Notes: generated by a model not told the origin, from the letters alone. A DNA stretch of 55,910 bases from a bacterium (GCA_043803945.1 JAZDJN010000086.1:1-55910); one strand, 5' to 3'; shown: positions 1 to 10,655, numbered from the stretch's first letter. A program made the numbers and translations.

Positions 1-162
1 TTTGAGTGATTCTAATGCCACTTTTGTCTTAAAGATGGCACTGTGTGTACGGCGGATTCTCTTCATTGCTGGATCTCCTATGGGGAAAGGTAACCATTTT
101 TTCCACCTTAGCAAGTTGTCCAGTTTTTGGGGTACAGCTCAGTGTGCATTAAAGGAGTGAGC

Positions 163-402
163 ATGGAAGATCGATGGATTCGCTATAACCCGAGATTAAA
201 ACTGATTGCCAGAACGCTTCGCAACAACATGACACTTGGCGAAATTCTCCTCTGGCATGAGTTAAAAGGAAAGAAATTACTCGGCTATTGCGCGAATGGA
301 TTGAAGCTCGCAGGACACACCCCTTGCGCCAGGCGCATCCGCCGAGGAGGAGAATCCCCTCTCGCCGTAGTTAGAACATGTGGAAGAGAGGAGTTTAGAT
401 AG
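163..402 (+). pseudogene. DUF559-family endonuclease remnant (internal deletion)
   Basis: AAGGAG RBS then ATG at 163. The N-terminus IRYNPRLKLIARTLRNNMTLGEILLWHELKGKKLLGY matches the DUF559 start, but the catalytic FxRQ..D..E core is absent. From 288 another frame reads LREWIEARRTHP, resembling a DUF559 C-terminus. Confidence 0.7.
315..395. repeat. cluster of short REP-like palindromes after the DUF559 remnant
   Basis: ACACACCCCT, perfect inverted repeat TGCGCC-A-GGCGCA (325-337), TCCGCCGAGGAGGA, then AATCCCCTCTC...GAGAGGAG. Confidence 0.4.
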
Positions 403-792
403 AGCTTTCGGAGTGGGATATTAATGAAGCTCTAAGAAGATTTGCGAAAAACACCTTTAATTGCTTTTTCCAAAGGTATTTATTAGAAGAAATTGTGGTA
501 AAAAAATCTTTCTCTACCTCAGTAAAAAGATTATGAAGTTGGATAGCAGACACCAACGGTCGTACTGCTCAGAAGTGATCGCCAAGTCCAGCCATATTGA
601 TTGAATATGTATAAAATCCCCGCAAGATGGCTACTATTATTTCCCGGGCGATGTCTGGCATATTATTGCTCTTGATCTTGATATTAAGAAGCATATTCTG
701 ATTTTAATTCTGAAAAATCATTATCTTACTACTGGCTATTTTTTTAATACAAAATCGCGTTAGGTAACATAGCCGGAAAAGCTATAAAACTA

Positions 793-1284
793 ATGCAACC
801 ACTAGCAAAACCGTCACGAAGAGGGCATACTCACAACAGCTATCCAACTTTTAAGGGATTAAAGCCCGCATCACCAATCAGTTCTCGATCTAAGCAGGCG
901 AATGCAAGCAAGGGGACAAGACATGAACTGCTTTTAATGAAAGAGTTAAAACGATTAGGTCTGAAATTTAAAAGATACATGAAGGATTTACCAGGTAAAC
1001 CAGATATCGTTTTTCCAGAGGAGCGCGTTGCGGTTTTCTGTGATGGAGATTTTTGGCATGGAAAAAATTGGAGAACACTATGCCGAAAGCTTACTAATGG
1101 CACAAATGGTAAGTATTGGAAGTCAAAAATTGCTTGCAATATTAAGCAAGATAAAAGAATAACTAAAATTTTAAGTCTTCAAGGATGGAACGTAATCAGG
1201 CTTTGGGAAACGGATATTAAGGCTAATACCCAAGCGAGCGTACAAAATATAAAACGAGAAATATTATGGGCAAAATTAAATTGA
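793..1284 (+). CDS. vsr: very short patch repair endonuclease
   Basis: ANASKGTRHELLL, DLPGKPDIVF, VAVFCDGDFWHG, GWNVIRLWE motifs; in an operon with a C5 methyltransferase. Confidence 0.92.
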   Translation: MQPLAKPSRRGHTHNSYPTFKGLKPASPISSRSKQANASKGTRHELLLMKELKRLGLKFKRYMKDLPGKPDIVFPEERVAVFCDGDFWHGKNWRTLCRKLTNGTNGKYWKSKIACNIKQDKRITKILSLQGWNVIRLWETDIKANTQASVQNIKREILWAKLN

Positions 1285-2468
1285 AATTGAAGATATCTGG
1301 TCTTGGTAGGAAGCGACCTCAAGTTAATATTCCGATCTCACTCATTGAGCTAGATAATCAAAATCCGCGGCTACCTGATGATTATCAAGGTGGCTCACAA
1401 CTTGATATTATGCAGGTCTTATTTCGTGAATTTGACCTAGAAGAACTTGCTTACTCTATGGCAGAAAACGGATATTTTGATGAAGAACCAATCGTCGTTG
1501 TACCAAAAAAAATATCTTGGAACCTTGATCTGATATCCGATTATTCGGTAGAAGAAATGGAACTAAAGCTAAATAAATTAATTGCTGACAATAAAATTAC
1601 ATTTACGGTTGTTGAAGGTAATCGTCGTACTGCAACTGCAAAACTCTTGGTAGCAGATGAATGGAAACAAAGAATCAAAGTGGGTGCAGATTTCCCAACG
1701 CCGAGAAATAAGGAAGTGCTAAACGATCTCTTGTCCCTCCCTTCTATATGCTATAGTAATAGAAATGAGGTTTCACCATATCTTGGTGTTAGACATATTG
1801 CAGGAATAATGAAGTGGGATGCTTTTGCAAAAGCAAGATATATATCTACGATGATTGAGGCTGAGGCAGATGGTAAGAAAAAAAATATCGAAACTGGTGT
1901 GCGTGAAGTGCAAAGACAAATTGGAGATAGATCAGATACGATAAAGCGCCAATATCTCTATTATAAAATACTCAAGCAAGCACAAGACGAAACTTCTTTT
2001 GATATTAGACCTGTAACAAAAAGGTTTTCACTTATTACATTAGCTTTGAATTATCCATCTATTCGAGAATTTATTGGAGTTTCTTCTTATAAAGATATCG
2101 ATGTCACAAAATACCTCGTCCCACCCAAGAAAATTAATAATCTTGAAACTCTTTTAACGTGGATATATGGGAACGGGAAAGATAAGCAACCAATACTAAC
2201 AGACTCACGAAATATCAGCAAATTATTAGCTCCTGTACTTGCTGATCGTGAAGCAACTGAATATCTGATTAATCATGGAAATCTTACGGAAGCGTATGAA
2301 CGAAGTGGAGGCGATAAAATATTTCTTAAAAAGAAACTGAACGATGCTGCTAGAAATTTATCGAATGCACTTACCGTAGCATATAAGTATAGAAAAGAAA
2401 AAGAGGTTCTATCTTTAATAGATAACTGTTCAAAAACGCTTAATGAACTAATTAAAATGGTATCATGA
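1266..2468 (+). CDS. ParB/Sulfiredoxin-like N-terminal domain protein
   Basis: LDNQNPRL, EPIVV and VVEGNRR motifs of the ParB/Srx superfamily; overlaps vsr. Confidence 0.75.
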   Translation: MGKIKLKLKISGLGRKRPQVNIPISLIELDNQNPRLPDDYQGGSQLDIMQVLFREFDLEELAYSMAENGYFDEEPIVVVPKKISWNLDLISDYSVEEMELKLNKLIADNKITFTVVEGNRRTATAKLLVADEWKQRIKVGADFPTPRNKEVLNDLLSLPSICYSNRNEVSPYLGVRHIAGIMKWDAFAKARYISTMIEAEADGKKKNIETGVREVQRQIGDRSDTIKRQYLYYKILKQAQDETSFDIRPVTKRFSLITLALNYPSIREFIGVSSYKDIDVTKYLVPPKKINNLETLLTWIYGNGKDKQPILTDSRNISKLLAPVLADREATEYLINHGNLTEAYERSGGDKIFLKKKLNDAARNLSNALTVAYKYRKEKEVLSLIDNCSKTLNELIKMVS

Positions 2469-2471
2469 AAT

Positions 2472-3296
2472 ATGGAACCTGCGAATACGGAATCAATTCA
2501 TTCTCTAGCAGATTGGTGTGAATATCTCGTTGCATCGAATCAGCACGAATTGTCAAAAGCTAAAATAACATCTCTGTTGAGTACAAAACAATCAGGGATA
2601 GATGAAGATAAAGTTGACAGTATATTATCCGAGCTTGATAGAAGGATTGTACTATACGGCTCAAGATCCCCTTACACAATATCAAATAACATTCTGATAC
2701 CAAATACTAATTGGAAAGATTGTCCGGAATATATGATGTGCTTGATTTTTTCTCTTACTGGTGTTGTGAAAATAAAAGGACAAAATGATGGGACAAAACT
2801 ATTTGAGAATTTATCAAGGGAGGTAATCATTTCATATTTAGGCGGTGAAGCAGAGGTAATTGGCTTTCCTAATTCAACTTCTCTTACTAAGCAAATTGAA
2901 AATATTTCAAAAAATAGCAATGAGCAACTAGGTCAGAGAAAACCTAAACCAAAAGATAAAGACAAAGGCGTAGATATTATTGCATGGAAATCTCATGGAG
3001 ATACAAGAGATAATCAATTGGTGATTCTTCTCCAGAGCGGCGCGGGGATGCATTTTGATTCGAAGAAACCTATATCTATTACTGCATGGCATGAATTTAT
3101 TAATTGGTCAGCAAATCCTATCCCAGGTATTATTATCCCAATTATAGTACCCACGGATGAATGGATTGAAGTTCGCGATGATTATAACTTAATTTTCGAT
3201 CGAGCTAGAATATTACGAGCTTTAACAAATAGACAGTTTATAAATCGAGAATTGCGACCTCAAATATTGGCATGGTGTAATTCGAGGATAAACTGA
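2472..3296 (+). CDS. hypothetical protein with putative restriction-endonuclease-like (PD-(D/E)xK-type) C-terminal domain
   Basis: KLFENL...KDKGVDIIAW...LVILLQSGAG resembles an Mrr/REase E..D..Q core; 3 nt after the upstream stop and 2 nt before the MTase start. Confidence 0.55.
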   Translation: MEPANTESIHSLADWCEYLVASNQHELSKAKITSLLSTKQSGIDEDKVDSILSELDRRIVLYGSRSPYTISNNILIPNTNWKDCPEYMMCLIFSLTGVVKIKGQNDGTKLFENLSREVIISYLGGEAEVIGFPNSTSLTKQIENISKNSNEQLGQRKPKPKDKDKGVDIIAWKSHGDTRDNQLVILLQSGAGMHFDSKKPISITAWHEFINWSANPIPGIIIPIIVPTDEWIEVRDDYNLIFDRARILRALTNRQFINRELRPQILAWCNSRIN

Positions 3297-3298
3297 AC

Positions 3299-4579
3299 AT
3301 GAGATTTATTGACCTCTTTTCCGGATTAGGTGGATTTCATGCTGCCTTAGCTAACCTTGGCCATCAATGTGTTTTTGCAAGCGAAATCGATGATACTCTT
3401 GTTGAGTTATACAAAAAGAATTTTGGAATCAGACCGGTTGGAGATATACGGAAGGTTAATATTAAAGATATTCCAAAGCATGATATTCTATGCGCCGGAT
3501 TTCCTTGTCAGCCTTTCTCAAAAGCAGGTGATCAAAAGGGACTTGAATGCCCACGCTGGGGTGATTTGATTGAATATGTTATTAAGATAATTAAGATTCA
3601 CCAGCCTCAATTTTTTATCCTCGAAAATGTCCCCAATCTTTTAAAACATGACAACGGCATTACATGGAAGGCTATAAAGAAAAAACTGCAATTAAAAAAC
3701 ACCTACTCAGTAGATGCAAAAATTCTTTCACCGCATAAATTTGGTATACCACAGATTAGAGAGCGTGTATACATTGTTGGTAGCAAGAATAGTCTTGAAG
3801 GTTTCAATTGGCCAGAGCCTCAAGAAACCTATGATCCCAACATTGAAATAATCCTCGATAAAAGACCGAAGAACGCAAAAAGATTAAGCCAACAAGTCGT
3901 CGAATGTGTAAACGTATGGCAAGAGTTTTTAGATAAATATCCGAAGGATCAAAACCTGCCTACATTTCCAATTTGGTCAATGGAGTTCGGCGCAAGCTAT
4001 CCATATACTAAAACAACACCATATAAAAAGCTTAAATCTAAGTATCAAAAGGGTAGACGAATAAAAAACCAATTGACTAAAGTAATTTTAGAAAGTAAGA
4101 GTTACTTATCTCTTCCTTCGCATGCGAGAGAAAAAACTGAGCGGTTTCCGGATTGGAAGATTGAATTTATACGAATGAATCGTGAACTCTACAGAAAGAA
4201 TAGAAAGTGGATCGATGCTTGGCTACCTAAAGTAAAGAAATTTCCTCCAAGCCTTCAAAAGCTTGAATGGAATTGCAATAGCGGAAAAAGGGATATCTGG
4301 CAATATCTAATTCAGTTCCGAGCCTCGGGTGTAAGAGTAAAAAAGAGAACTTCTTCACCTTCACTTGTAGCAATGACATCAACCCAAGTTCCTATCATTG
4401 CATGGGAAAAACGGTATATGACTCCAAGGGAATGCTCTAGGCTTCAGAGTATGGAAAACTTGAAAAATCTCCCCAAACAATCAACAAAGGCTTTCAAGGC
4501 TCTAGGAAATGCAGTTAATGTGCGTTTAGTGGAATTGGTTGCAAATAATCTGTTAAATTATAATCCAGGAAAACACTAA
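3299..4579 (+). CDS. dcm: DNA (cytosine-5)-methyltransferase
   Basis: FIDLFSGLGG (motif I), GFPCQPFS (IV), ENV (VI), PQIRERV (VIII), GNAV (X). Confidence 0.96.
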   Translation: MRFIDLFSGLGGFHAALANLGHQCVFASEIDDTLVELYKKNFGIRPVGDIRKVNIKDIPKHDILCAGFPCQPFSKAGDQKGLECPRWGDLIEYVIKIIKIHQPQFFILENVPNLLKHDNGITWKAIKKKLQLKNTYSVDAKILSPHKFGIPQIRERVYIVGSKNSLEGFNWPEPQETYDPNIEIILDKRPKNAKRLSQQVVECVNVWQEFLDKYPKDQNLPTFPIWSMEFGASYPYTKTTPYKKLKSKYQKGRRIKNQLTKVILESKSYLSLPSHAREKTERFPDWKIEFIRMNRELYRKNRKWIDAWLPKVKKFPPSLQKLEWNCNSGKRDIWQYLIQFRASGVRVKKRTSSPSLVAMTSTQVPIIAWEKRYMTPRECSRLQSMENLKNLPKQSTKAFKALGNAVNVRLVELVANNLLNYNPGKH

Positions 4580-4752
4580 CAATCCAAGCCTTAAGGAGGA
4601 TGAACTCCTACTGTAAGAAATTGGAAGTTAACCATTGTCAGATTATAAGATCGTAGTAACCGAATCGTAGTACTCCCTCTTTCAAGAAAATCACCCTAAT
4701 ATCAATGTCAGGATTTCTCCTCCAAACAATTAAGCAGAGCATCCGAGACTTC

Positions 4753-6816
4753 TCACTTCTTTTCCAGGAATCTCTCCTTATATGTCGGTTCCTTTCCCGC
4801 CAATGTGAGAAACACATCCAGAGGCACAACTTCAAACTCAGGTCCAAGTTTGTCCATGATCGCTTTCATGCGCGCCACATTGCTGTATTCCCGCACATGG
4901 ATGAGCAGGAAATAGGGACGCTTGGCGTTGATTTTTGCCAGCTCTTTTAGATCGGCAACAGCGTCTGCCTCCGGCCGTTCTGGCGAAAGATAATAATCGA
5001 ACGATATGAACGGTTTTCTATCACGCACTGTGAATGTGTACGATGGCGCATAACCATTGATAAAGCCGATCGCATTCGGCATCCCTGTATAGTAGGCATT
5101 CACAATTTCTTTTGTAAGATCGGTATTCCCTTCAACGGTCGCTCCCTCGGAGTAGTCCATGGTCTCAAACACATTGAGATCCAGCACATCCATATACTCT
5201 TTTGCTTTTGCGATGAGTCCGGGAAGCAGATTCGGCGGCACCGCTTTTGGATACATGTAACCGGGTCCCGAAAGACACCCGATGAAATAATCATTCGGGG
5301 TCGCAACTGTATAAAAGTATTCAGCCATCGATGGCGCCATCCAGACATAGTTCATTAGAACTTCCCAGGCACATGGCATTGCCCCGCGCCCCGGCTCTAG
5401 CCACGCCCCCAATCCGATCCCGTCAGTCTGCACACACGTAACATAGACTTTCTTCTCGGGCTTGTAGACCTTCCCTGGAACAACCTGATGATTGTTTTTA
5501 AATTTGAATCCCGCCGACACTGGAACTTTGCTGCTGAAGCTGATATTCGGCAGTGTGTGTAAACCCTCAACCCGGTGTCCGAAATTGGAGGTCAGCGTCA
5601 CATATTCCCGCTCGAGATCTTTGGCATAGGAATGCCAGCCCATGATCATCGAAGCAGGTTTCATTTCGCTCAGGAGTTTACTTGCAATCTGGTATTCAAG
5701 AGTATCTGTCCGGCGGCACGAGAGGTCACTGAAGAAAACCCCTTTCGCAACACCCCAGTCGGCCACACCCGGCTTCATGATGGTGCCGCGCTCGCCTCCC
5801 AGCCAAACGATATACTCTTTATTGCAGCGGTTCCAGTACTGGTCATATGCCCAGGTGTAGATTTGCGCGTCCGACTGGCTGGTAAACTTACCGCGGAAGT
5901 CGGCTACGGGCTTAAGGCCTGCCTTCTCCATCATCGGGATCATCTCTTCGCTCACTACAACAGCGCGCTCGAGTCCCGCGACGGTAAACGCGACAGTGAG
6001 CGATGTGCGGACAGACTTATCCCATACCACATAGCCCTTCACATACTTTCTGAACGCCTGGAATGCAGCCTGGTACGTTGGGAGCTGCGTGAATGTGAAA
6101 TTGCGCTTGTTCTTAAAAAAGTCATAGACCGATTCCGTGTAGGTAAAATCCCACTTCGGCGGATAGATGAAATAGAGGCGGGGTTCATCAGTGTTGGCGA
6201 GTCCCTGCAGACTGATAAGGAAGGCATGCTCGGGAAGTTTACCCTGGATTTCCCAATTGTCTTCCAGCCACATAACGTAAGCCTCTTTGAATCCTGCCTT
6301 TTTCAAAACATACTTCACTGTCGGCCCCGTTACACGAGAAGAGCGGGAAACCGTATAGGTGAGAGTTTCATTATCATCCGAGAGTTCGTAGGAATGGGTT
6401 GTGGCAATCGGTGCGAGTCCTTGCGACCCCCGAAGAGAATATGACTCCTGCAGCTTCAAGAGCTTGCCCCCCTTTTCCCACATTGCTTTGAATTGCCTTG
6501 TGCCACCGACAGGCATAGCAAGCCCCATGAAAACATTTGCAGGCCAAACCCGGTTATGGATCTGTACTTTGTTGACCGTACCGCCCACTTGCAGAGACAG
6601 TGTGTCGAAAAAAGCCCTGCCTGCTCCCCACCGGTGAATGAGGACGACATTCGATGCGCCTTGCATGATCTCGATCGACAGGTTCGCATAGAGTCCGATA
6701 TCGTGGCTCAATTGTGGAATGAGCGCCCACTTTCCATTGAAGCTAGGAATCCCCTGGGCCGCAAGGAGCGAGGGAAGCAGGAATGCGAGAGCATAAACTG
6801 ATAGTGATCTTTTCAT
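4753..6816 (-). CDS. secreted GxGYxYP-family putative glycoside hydrolase
   Basis: Signal peptide MKRSLSVYALAFLLP from ATG 6816; SLQGLAN, MGWH and SGPGYMYP signature. Confidence 0.85.
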   Translation of the reverse strand: MKRSLSVYALAFLLPSLLAAQGIPSFNGKWALIPQLSHDIGLYANLSIEIMQGASNVVLIHRWGAGRAFFDTLSLQVGGTVNKVQIHNRVWPANVFMGLAMPVGGTRQFKAMWEKGGKLLKLQESYSLRGSQGLAPIATTHSYELSDDNETLTYTVSRSSRVTGPTVKYVLKKAGFKEAYVMWLEDNWEIQGKLPEHAFLISLQGLANTDEPRLYFIYPPKWDFTYTESVYDFFKNKRNFTFTQLPTYQAAFQAFRKYVKGYVVWDKSVRTSLTVAFTVAGLERAVVVSEEMIPMMEKAGLKPVADFRGKFTSQSDAQIYTWAYDQYWNRCNKEYIVWLGGERGTIMKPGVADWGVAKGVFFSDLSCRRTDTLEYQIASKLLSEMKPASMIMGWHSYAKDLEREYVTLTSNFGHRVEGLHTLPNISFSSKVPVSAGFKFKNNHQVVPGKVYKPEKKVYVTCVQTDGIGLGAWLEPGRGAMPCAWEVLMNYVWMAPSMAEYFYTVATPNDYFIGCLSGPGYMYPKAVPPNLLPGLIAKAKEYMDVLDLNVFETMDYSEGATVEGNTDLTKEIVNAYYTGMPNAIGFINGYAPSYTFTVRDRKPFISFDYYLSPERPEADAVADLKELAKINAKRPYFLLIHVREYSNVARMKAIMDKLGPEFEVVPLDVFLTLAGKEPTYKERFLEKK

Positions 6817-7218
6817 TAGAAGTGCTCCATGTAACAATTTTGTTGAAGGGAAAGAACAGAATTAAGTTACCACTGTTGCTGCAGGAAGGCAAGAGTGTTG
6901 TTGTGTATTGAATGTACATCATACGATTTACATGCTCCTCTAACCTCAGGCTTGCTGTTAGCATCGGAATCTTGTACTATTGTTAGAGAAATTTATGTCT
7001 CCGGCAAGAAACACTTCTACAATTGAAAGTATCAATCATAGATGCACCACTAGTACAAACGATGATGAATAAGATTCTTAACGGTTGATTTCACACATGT
7101 AATGGAAATGTAAGTTGAACAAGATATGAGGTTTGACTACATTTCAAACGATTACTGATTGGGATTTAAGGGCCATACCGTCGGCAACTGATTTGAAATA
7201 ATCTCACCGGATGTGTAA

Positions 7219-9789
7219 ATGGGATTTACGATAGAGAAGATTTGGCAAAAAGCCGATTTTAGACCTAATAGCAATCAAGAGAAGGCAATACGGCATGTTG
7301 ATGGCCCCCTCTTTCTCACTGCAGGTCCAGGCTCCGGGAAAACTCGTGTTCTCTTGTGGCGCACATTGAATCTGATTGTTTTCCATGATATCAAACCAGA
7401 AGAAATCTTTCTTGGCACGTTCACAGAAAAGGCAGCCTATCAACTCAAAGAAGGTCTAAAGACTCTCCTTGCAATCGTCACTAACGAGACTGGCAAACCT
7501 TTCGACCTGGCAAAGATGTCGGTGGGAACTGTGCATTCCATCTGCCAACACATCTTATCAGACAGAAAATTCACCGAAGAACTGAAGCGCCCAAGAGCTC
7601 CGATACTGCTGGATGAGTTGGGCCAGTACTTCCACCTGTACAATCCGAAAAATTGGACAAAGATCATTCAAGCTGGAGGATTCGATAACCAGGAAATAGC
7701 GAACAAGATGGTGAGCACATACATAGATGAACGGGAATCTGGGTCAAGGCACATCGCAGTTACGCATTGTATCAGCCTGTTCAATCGATTATCCGAGGAG
7801 TGTTTGGATCCGATTGAGACGAAGAAGAAGATTAGAGATGTCAATGTGCGAACACTTCTAGACATGTATGCTGCCTATTTAGCGAACCTTTCAAGTCTGG
7901 ATATATTTGGCGCTGTTGATTTTTCACTTCTGCAACAAAAGGCATTGGGCGTACTCGACAAGAACTTACAATCAGAACATATCTATAAGCATGTCATCAT
8001 TGACGAGTATCAGGATACGAATCACGTTCAAGAGCAACTCTTCTTCAAGCTGGCAAAAGGAACGAAGAACATTTGCATCGTCGGGGACGATGATCAGGCG
8101 TTGTACCGATTTCGTGGTGCAACGGTGGAGAATCTCGTGGAGTTCGAAGAACGCTGCAAGCGAAACCTCGGTATAATGCCAAAGCGTATCGACCTGGAAA
8201 CGAACTACCGCTCTCGTATGCCCATCGTACATTACTGCACCGATTTTATTGGACGATGTGATTGGAAAAGAGAAAACGGAGTAGGTTTTCATCGCATTCA
8301 TGATAAGGAGATCAAACCGAATCGAAAAGACAATCAGCCATGTGTTATAGCATCTACACCTGGGAATCCGGAAGAGGTTTATTCAGAGATTGTTAACTTG
8401 GTGAAAAGAATTATCAAGCAGAAGAAGGTGCACGATCCAAATCAGATTGCGTTCTTGTTCCCCTCACTCAAAGGTAACAGTAAAGCAATTGGTTTCAAGG
8501 AGGCTCTGGAGAATGCCGGACTCAAGGTCTATGCACCTCGTGCAGGTCGCTTCCTCGATTTGGAGGAATCGAAAGCTGTGTTCGGCCTTTTCCTGCATGT
8601 GTTTGGCAAACCGAAATCAGATGGTCTCTTCAGCCAGGGACTCCGTGAATTTCATTTTTGGATGAAGGCGTGTGCTGACCTTGCCGAAGATCTTGTGGAA
8701 AAAGACAAACAACTGAGCGGATTCATCGCTGACAAGCAAGCAGAGTTGGAAACCATTGGGAAAGACTACAGTGCCCTCATCGCCAGTGTTAACAGGCATC
8801 ATTGGTCTCTCGATATGGACTTCACACTTGAAATGCGTCGGAAGCTTGCTGAATCAGCGAGCTTGTCCGACAAAGCAAAGAAGAGCCTCATCAGCCGATA
8901 CTTCCAGAGAGTGATCGAGGAACGTGCCAAGGCAGGAAGACCGTTTAAACTCAAGTACATCATCAATCGGGCAACGTCGCTTGACTGGAGTGTGCTTGAT
9001 CTCTTCTACCAGCTCAATGGCTTTAAACATTTTAGGGATTCATACGACATCGCTGAAGAGGAAAAAGACGAAGGACCGCTGTGCAATCTGGGGATCATCA
9101 GCCAGTACCTTGGACGTTTTATGGAGCAGTTTGCCTCGATGATTACCGCCAGTTATCTTGAAGATCAGAAGTTTCAGAAGCAGTTCTTCCTCTCGTACGT
9201 CTATGCACTCTACCGCAGGCAGGAATCGGAATTTGAGGACGAGGATGATCCGTTCCCGAAAGGAAGAATCCAATTTCTCACGATTCATCAAGCAAAGGGT
9301 TTGGAATTCCCCATTGTAATCCTCGGTAATCCTCGGAAACGAGAGTGGCCTGCATCTCAGGTGGAGAAAATTGCACGTAAGTTAACGGGGAGAGGTAGTG
9401 AACCAATTGACCGTATCAGCGAATTTGATAACATGCGCATGTTTTATGTTGCTCTCTCTCGACCCAAGAACCTGCTCATCATACCCCATTTCAAAGGGAA
9501 AGGACAGCATTCCTCGCGACCATTCAGAGAAATGCTCAAAGAAGCTATCACTAGAATCCCCGACTTTGATGTTTCAACCTTGCCTGAAATTGAAGAGTAC
9601 CCTGACGATTTGGGGAAGAACTATTCCTACACCGGCGACTACCTTCTTTACCAGAAGTGTCCCCGGCAGTACATGGTGTTCAAAAAGTACGGATTTGTTC
9701 CCTCACGCTCACAGACGATGTTTTTCGGCAGCCTTGTTCATCAGACAATCGAAGATCTTCATAATCTCTTCATCCGGAATCGCTCATGA
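7219..9789 (+). CDS. UvrD/REP-family SF1 ATP-dependent helicase ending in the N-terminal part of a PD-(D/E)xK nuclease domain
   Basis: AGPGSGKT, DEYQD, VGDDDQALYRFRGA, NYRS, TIHQAKGLEF, FYVALSR; C-terminal YSYT..YQKCPRQY..FGSLVHQTIE. Confidence 0.93.
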   Translation: MGFTIEKIWQKADFRPNSNQEKAIRHVDGPLFLTAGPGSGKTRVLLWRTLNLIVFHDIKPEEIFLGTFTEKAAYQLKEGLKTLLAIVTNETGKPFDLAKMSVGTVHSICQHILSDRKFTEELKRPRAPILLDELGQYFHLYNPKNWTKIIQAGGFDNQEIANKMVSTYIDERESGSRHIAVTHCISLFNRLSEECLDPIETKKKIRDVNVRTLLDMYAAYLANLSSLDIFGAVDFSLLQQKALGVLDKNLQSEHIYKHVIIDEYQDTNHVQEQLFFKLAKGTKNICIVGDDDQALYRFRGATVENLVEFEERCKRNLGIMPKRIDLETNYRSRMPIVHYCTDFIGRCDWKRENGVGFHRIHDKEIKPNRKDNQPCVIASTPGNPEEVYSEIVNLVKRIIKQKKVHDPNQIAFLFPSLKGNSKAIGFKEALENAGLKVYAPRAGRFLDLEESKAVFGLFLHVFGKPKSDGLFSQGLREFHFWMKACADLAEDLVEKDKQLSGFIADKQAELETIGKDYSALIASVNRHHWSLDMDFTLEMRRKLAESASLSDKAKKSLISRYFQRVIEERAKAGRPFKLKYIINRATSLDWSVLDLFYQLNGFKHFRDSYDIAEEEKDEGPLCNLGIISQYLGRFMEQFASMITASYLEDQKFQKQFFLSYVYALYRRQESEFEDEDDPFPKGRIQFLTIHQAKGLEFPIVILGNPRKREWPASQVEKIARKLTGRGSEPIDRISEFDNMRMFYVALSRPKNLLIIPHFKGKGQHSSRPFREMLKEAITRIPDFDVSTLPEIEEYPDDLGKNYSYTGDYLLYQKCPRQYMVFKKYGFVPSRSQTMFFGSLVHQTIEDLHNLFIRNRS

Positions 9790-10631
9790 AGAAGGAACTA
9801 TCGCAGCAAGAAGTTCTCAATGAGATCAAAGAAGCCTTTGAGCTGAACTATGAACAGCTGCGTTTGGAAGGTGGGCATGCACTCACGGAGGATGTCAAAC
9901 GCCTTGCTCTTCAGATGGTATTGCTCTACTGGAAGAAAATGCCGGATGTTGCCGAGAACATCACCGACACAGAGGTGAAGCTCTCACTTCCGGAACAGAA
10001 GACCCCCCAAGGCCGCAAATTTTCCATCGAAGGAATTGTCGATATCATTCGTGAACAGGATGAAACGTGGATGTACGATATCAAGACCCACGATGGGGAT
10101 TATGTAAGAGACAACATCGATCTCTACGAGAAACAGCTCAACGTCTATTCGTATATCTGGAAGGGGCTGCGAGGAGAGCCGCTGGACCATACGGCTATTA
10201 TTGCACTATCTTTCCCGCAGTCACTTAGTGATGCAGTGAGGACAGGAGATCAGCAACAGATAGACCGAGAGCTTCCCAAATGGAAGCCGCTGATAGAGGT
10301 TCCGTTTGACCAGGGACATGTCGAAGAGACGATCAAGGAATTCGGCAAGGTTGTGGATAGAATAGAAGATAACCAGTTTTCGCCACCTCCGGTGAGAAAG
10401 CTCAAAGAGAGGATAGGATCTGAACTGTTCGTTACAAGAGTATGCCGTAACTGCGACGCCCGTTTCTCCTGCGCTTCCTTTCGTGAGTATGCGCTTGGCA
10501 CCAATGCCCGATTTGTTTCCGGTTACAAGAAGTACATTGAAGACCTCGGTCCAGAGATTGATGTTGAGGATAGGAAGACTACCAATCTTGAAACAGCAAA
10601 CATCCCCGAGTCTGTGGACACATCCGATTGA
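9786..10631 (+). CDS. PD-(D/E)xK nuclease (RecB/AddB/Cas4-like), C-terminal part
   Basis: TEV..GIVDII..YDIKT..QLNVY core and CRNC-x5-C cysteines; ATGA overlap with the helicase. Confidence 0.85.
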   Translation: MKKELSQQEVLNEIKEAFELNYEQLRLEGGHALTEDVKRLALQMVLLYWKKMPDVAENITDTEVKLSLPEQKTPQGRKFSIEGIVDIIREQDETWMYDIKTHDGDYVRDNIDLYEKQLNVYSYIWKGLRGEPLDHTAIIALSFPQSLSDAVRTGDQQQIDRELPKWKPLIEVPFDQGHVEETIKEFGKVVDRIEDNQFSPPPVRKLKERIGSELFVTRVCRNCDARFSCASFREYALGTNARFVSGYKKYIEDLGPEIDVEDRKTTNLETANIPESVDTSD

Positions 10632-10655
10632 TTCATTATCTATGAAGAGAGAACC

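Noticed and set aside
5575-6444. 289-aa + strand ORF
   Set aside because: Antisense shadow of the GxGYxYP gene with no motifs
9786-10631. Cas4-like nuclease as evidence of CRISPR-Cas
   Set aside because: No cas1/cas2 or repeat-spacer array in the window; the context is a helicase and type III RM
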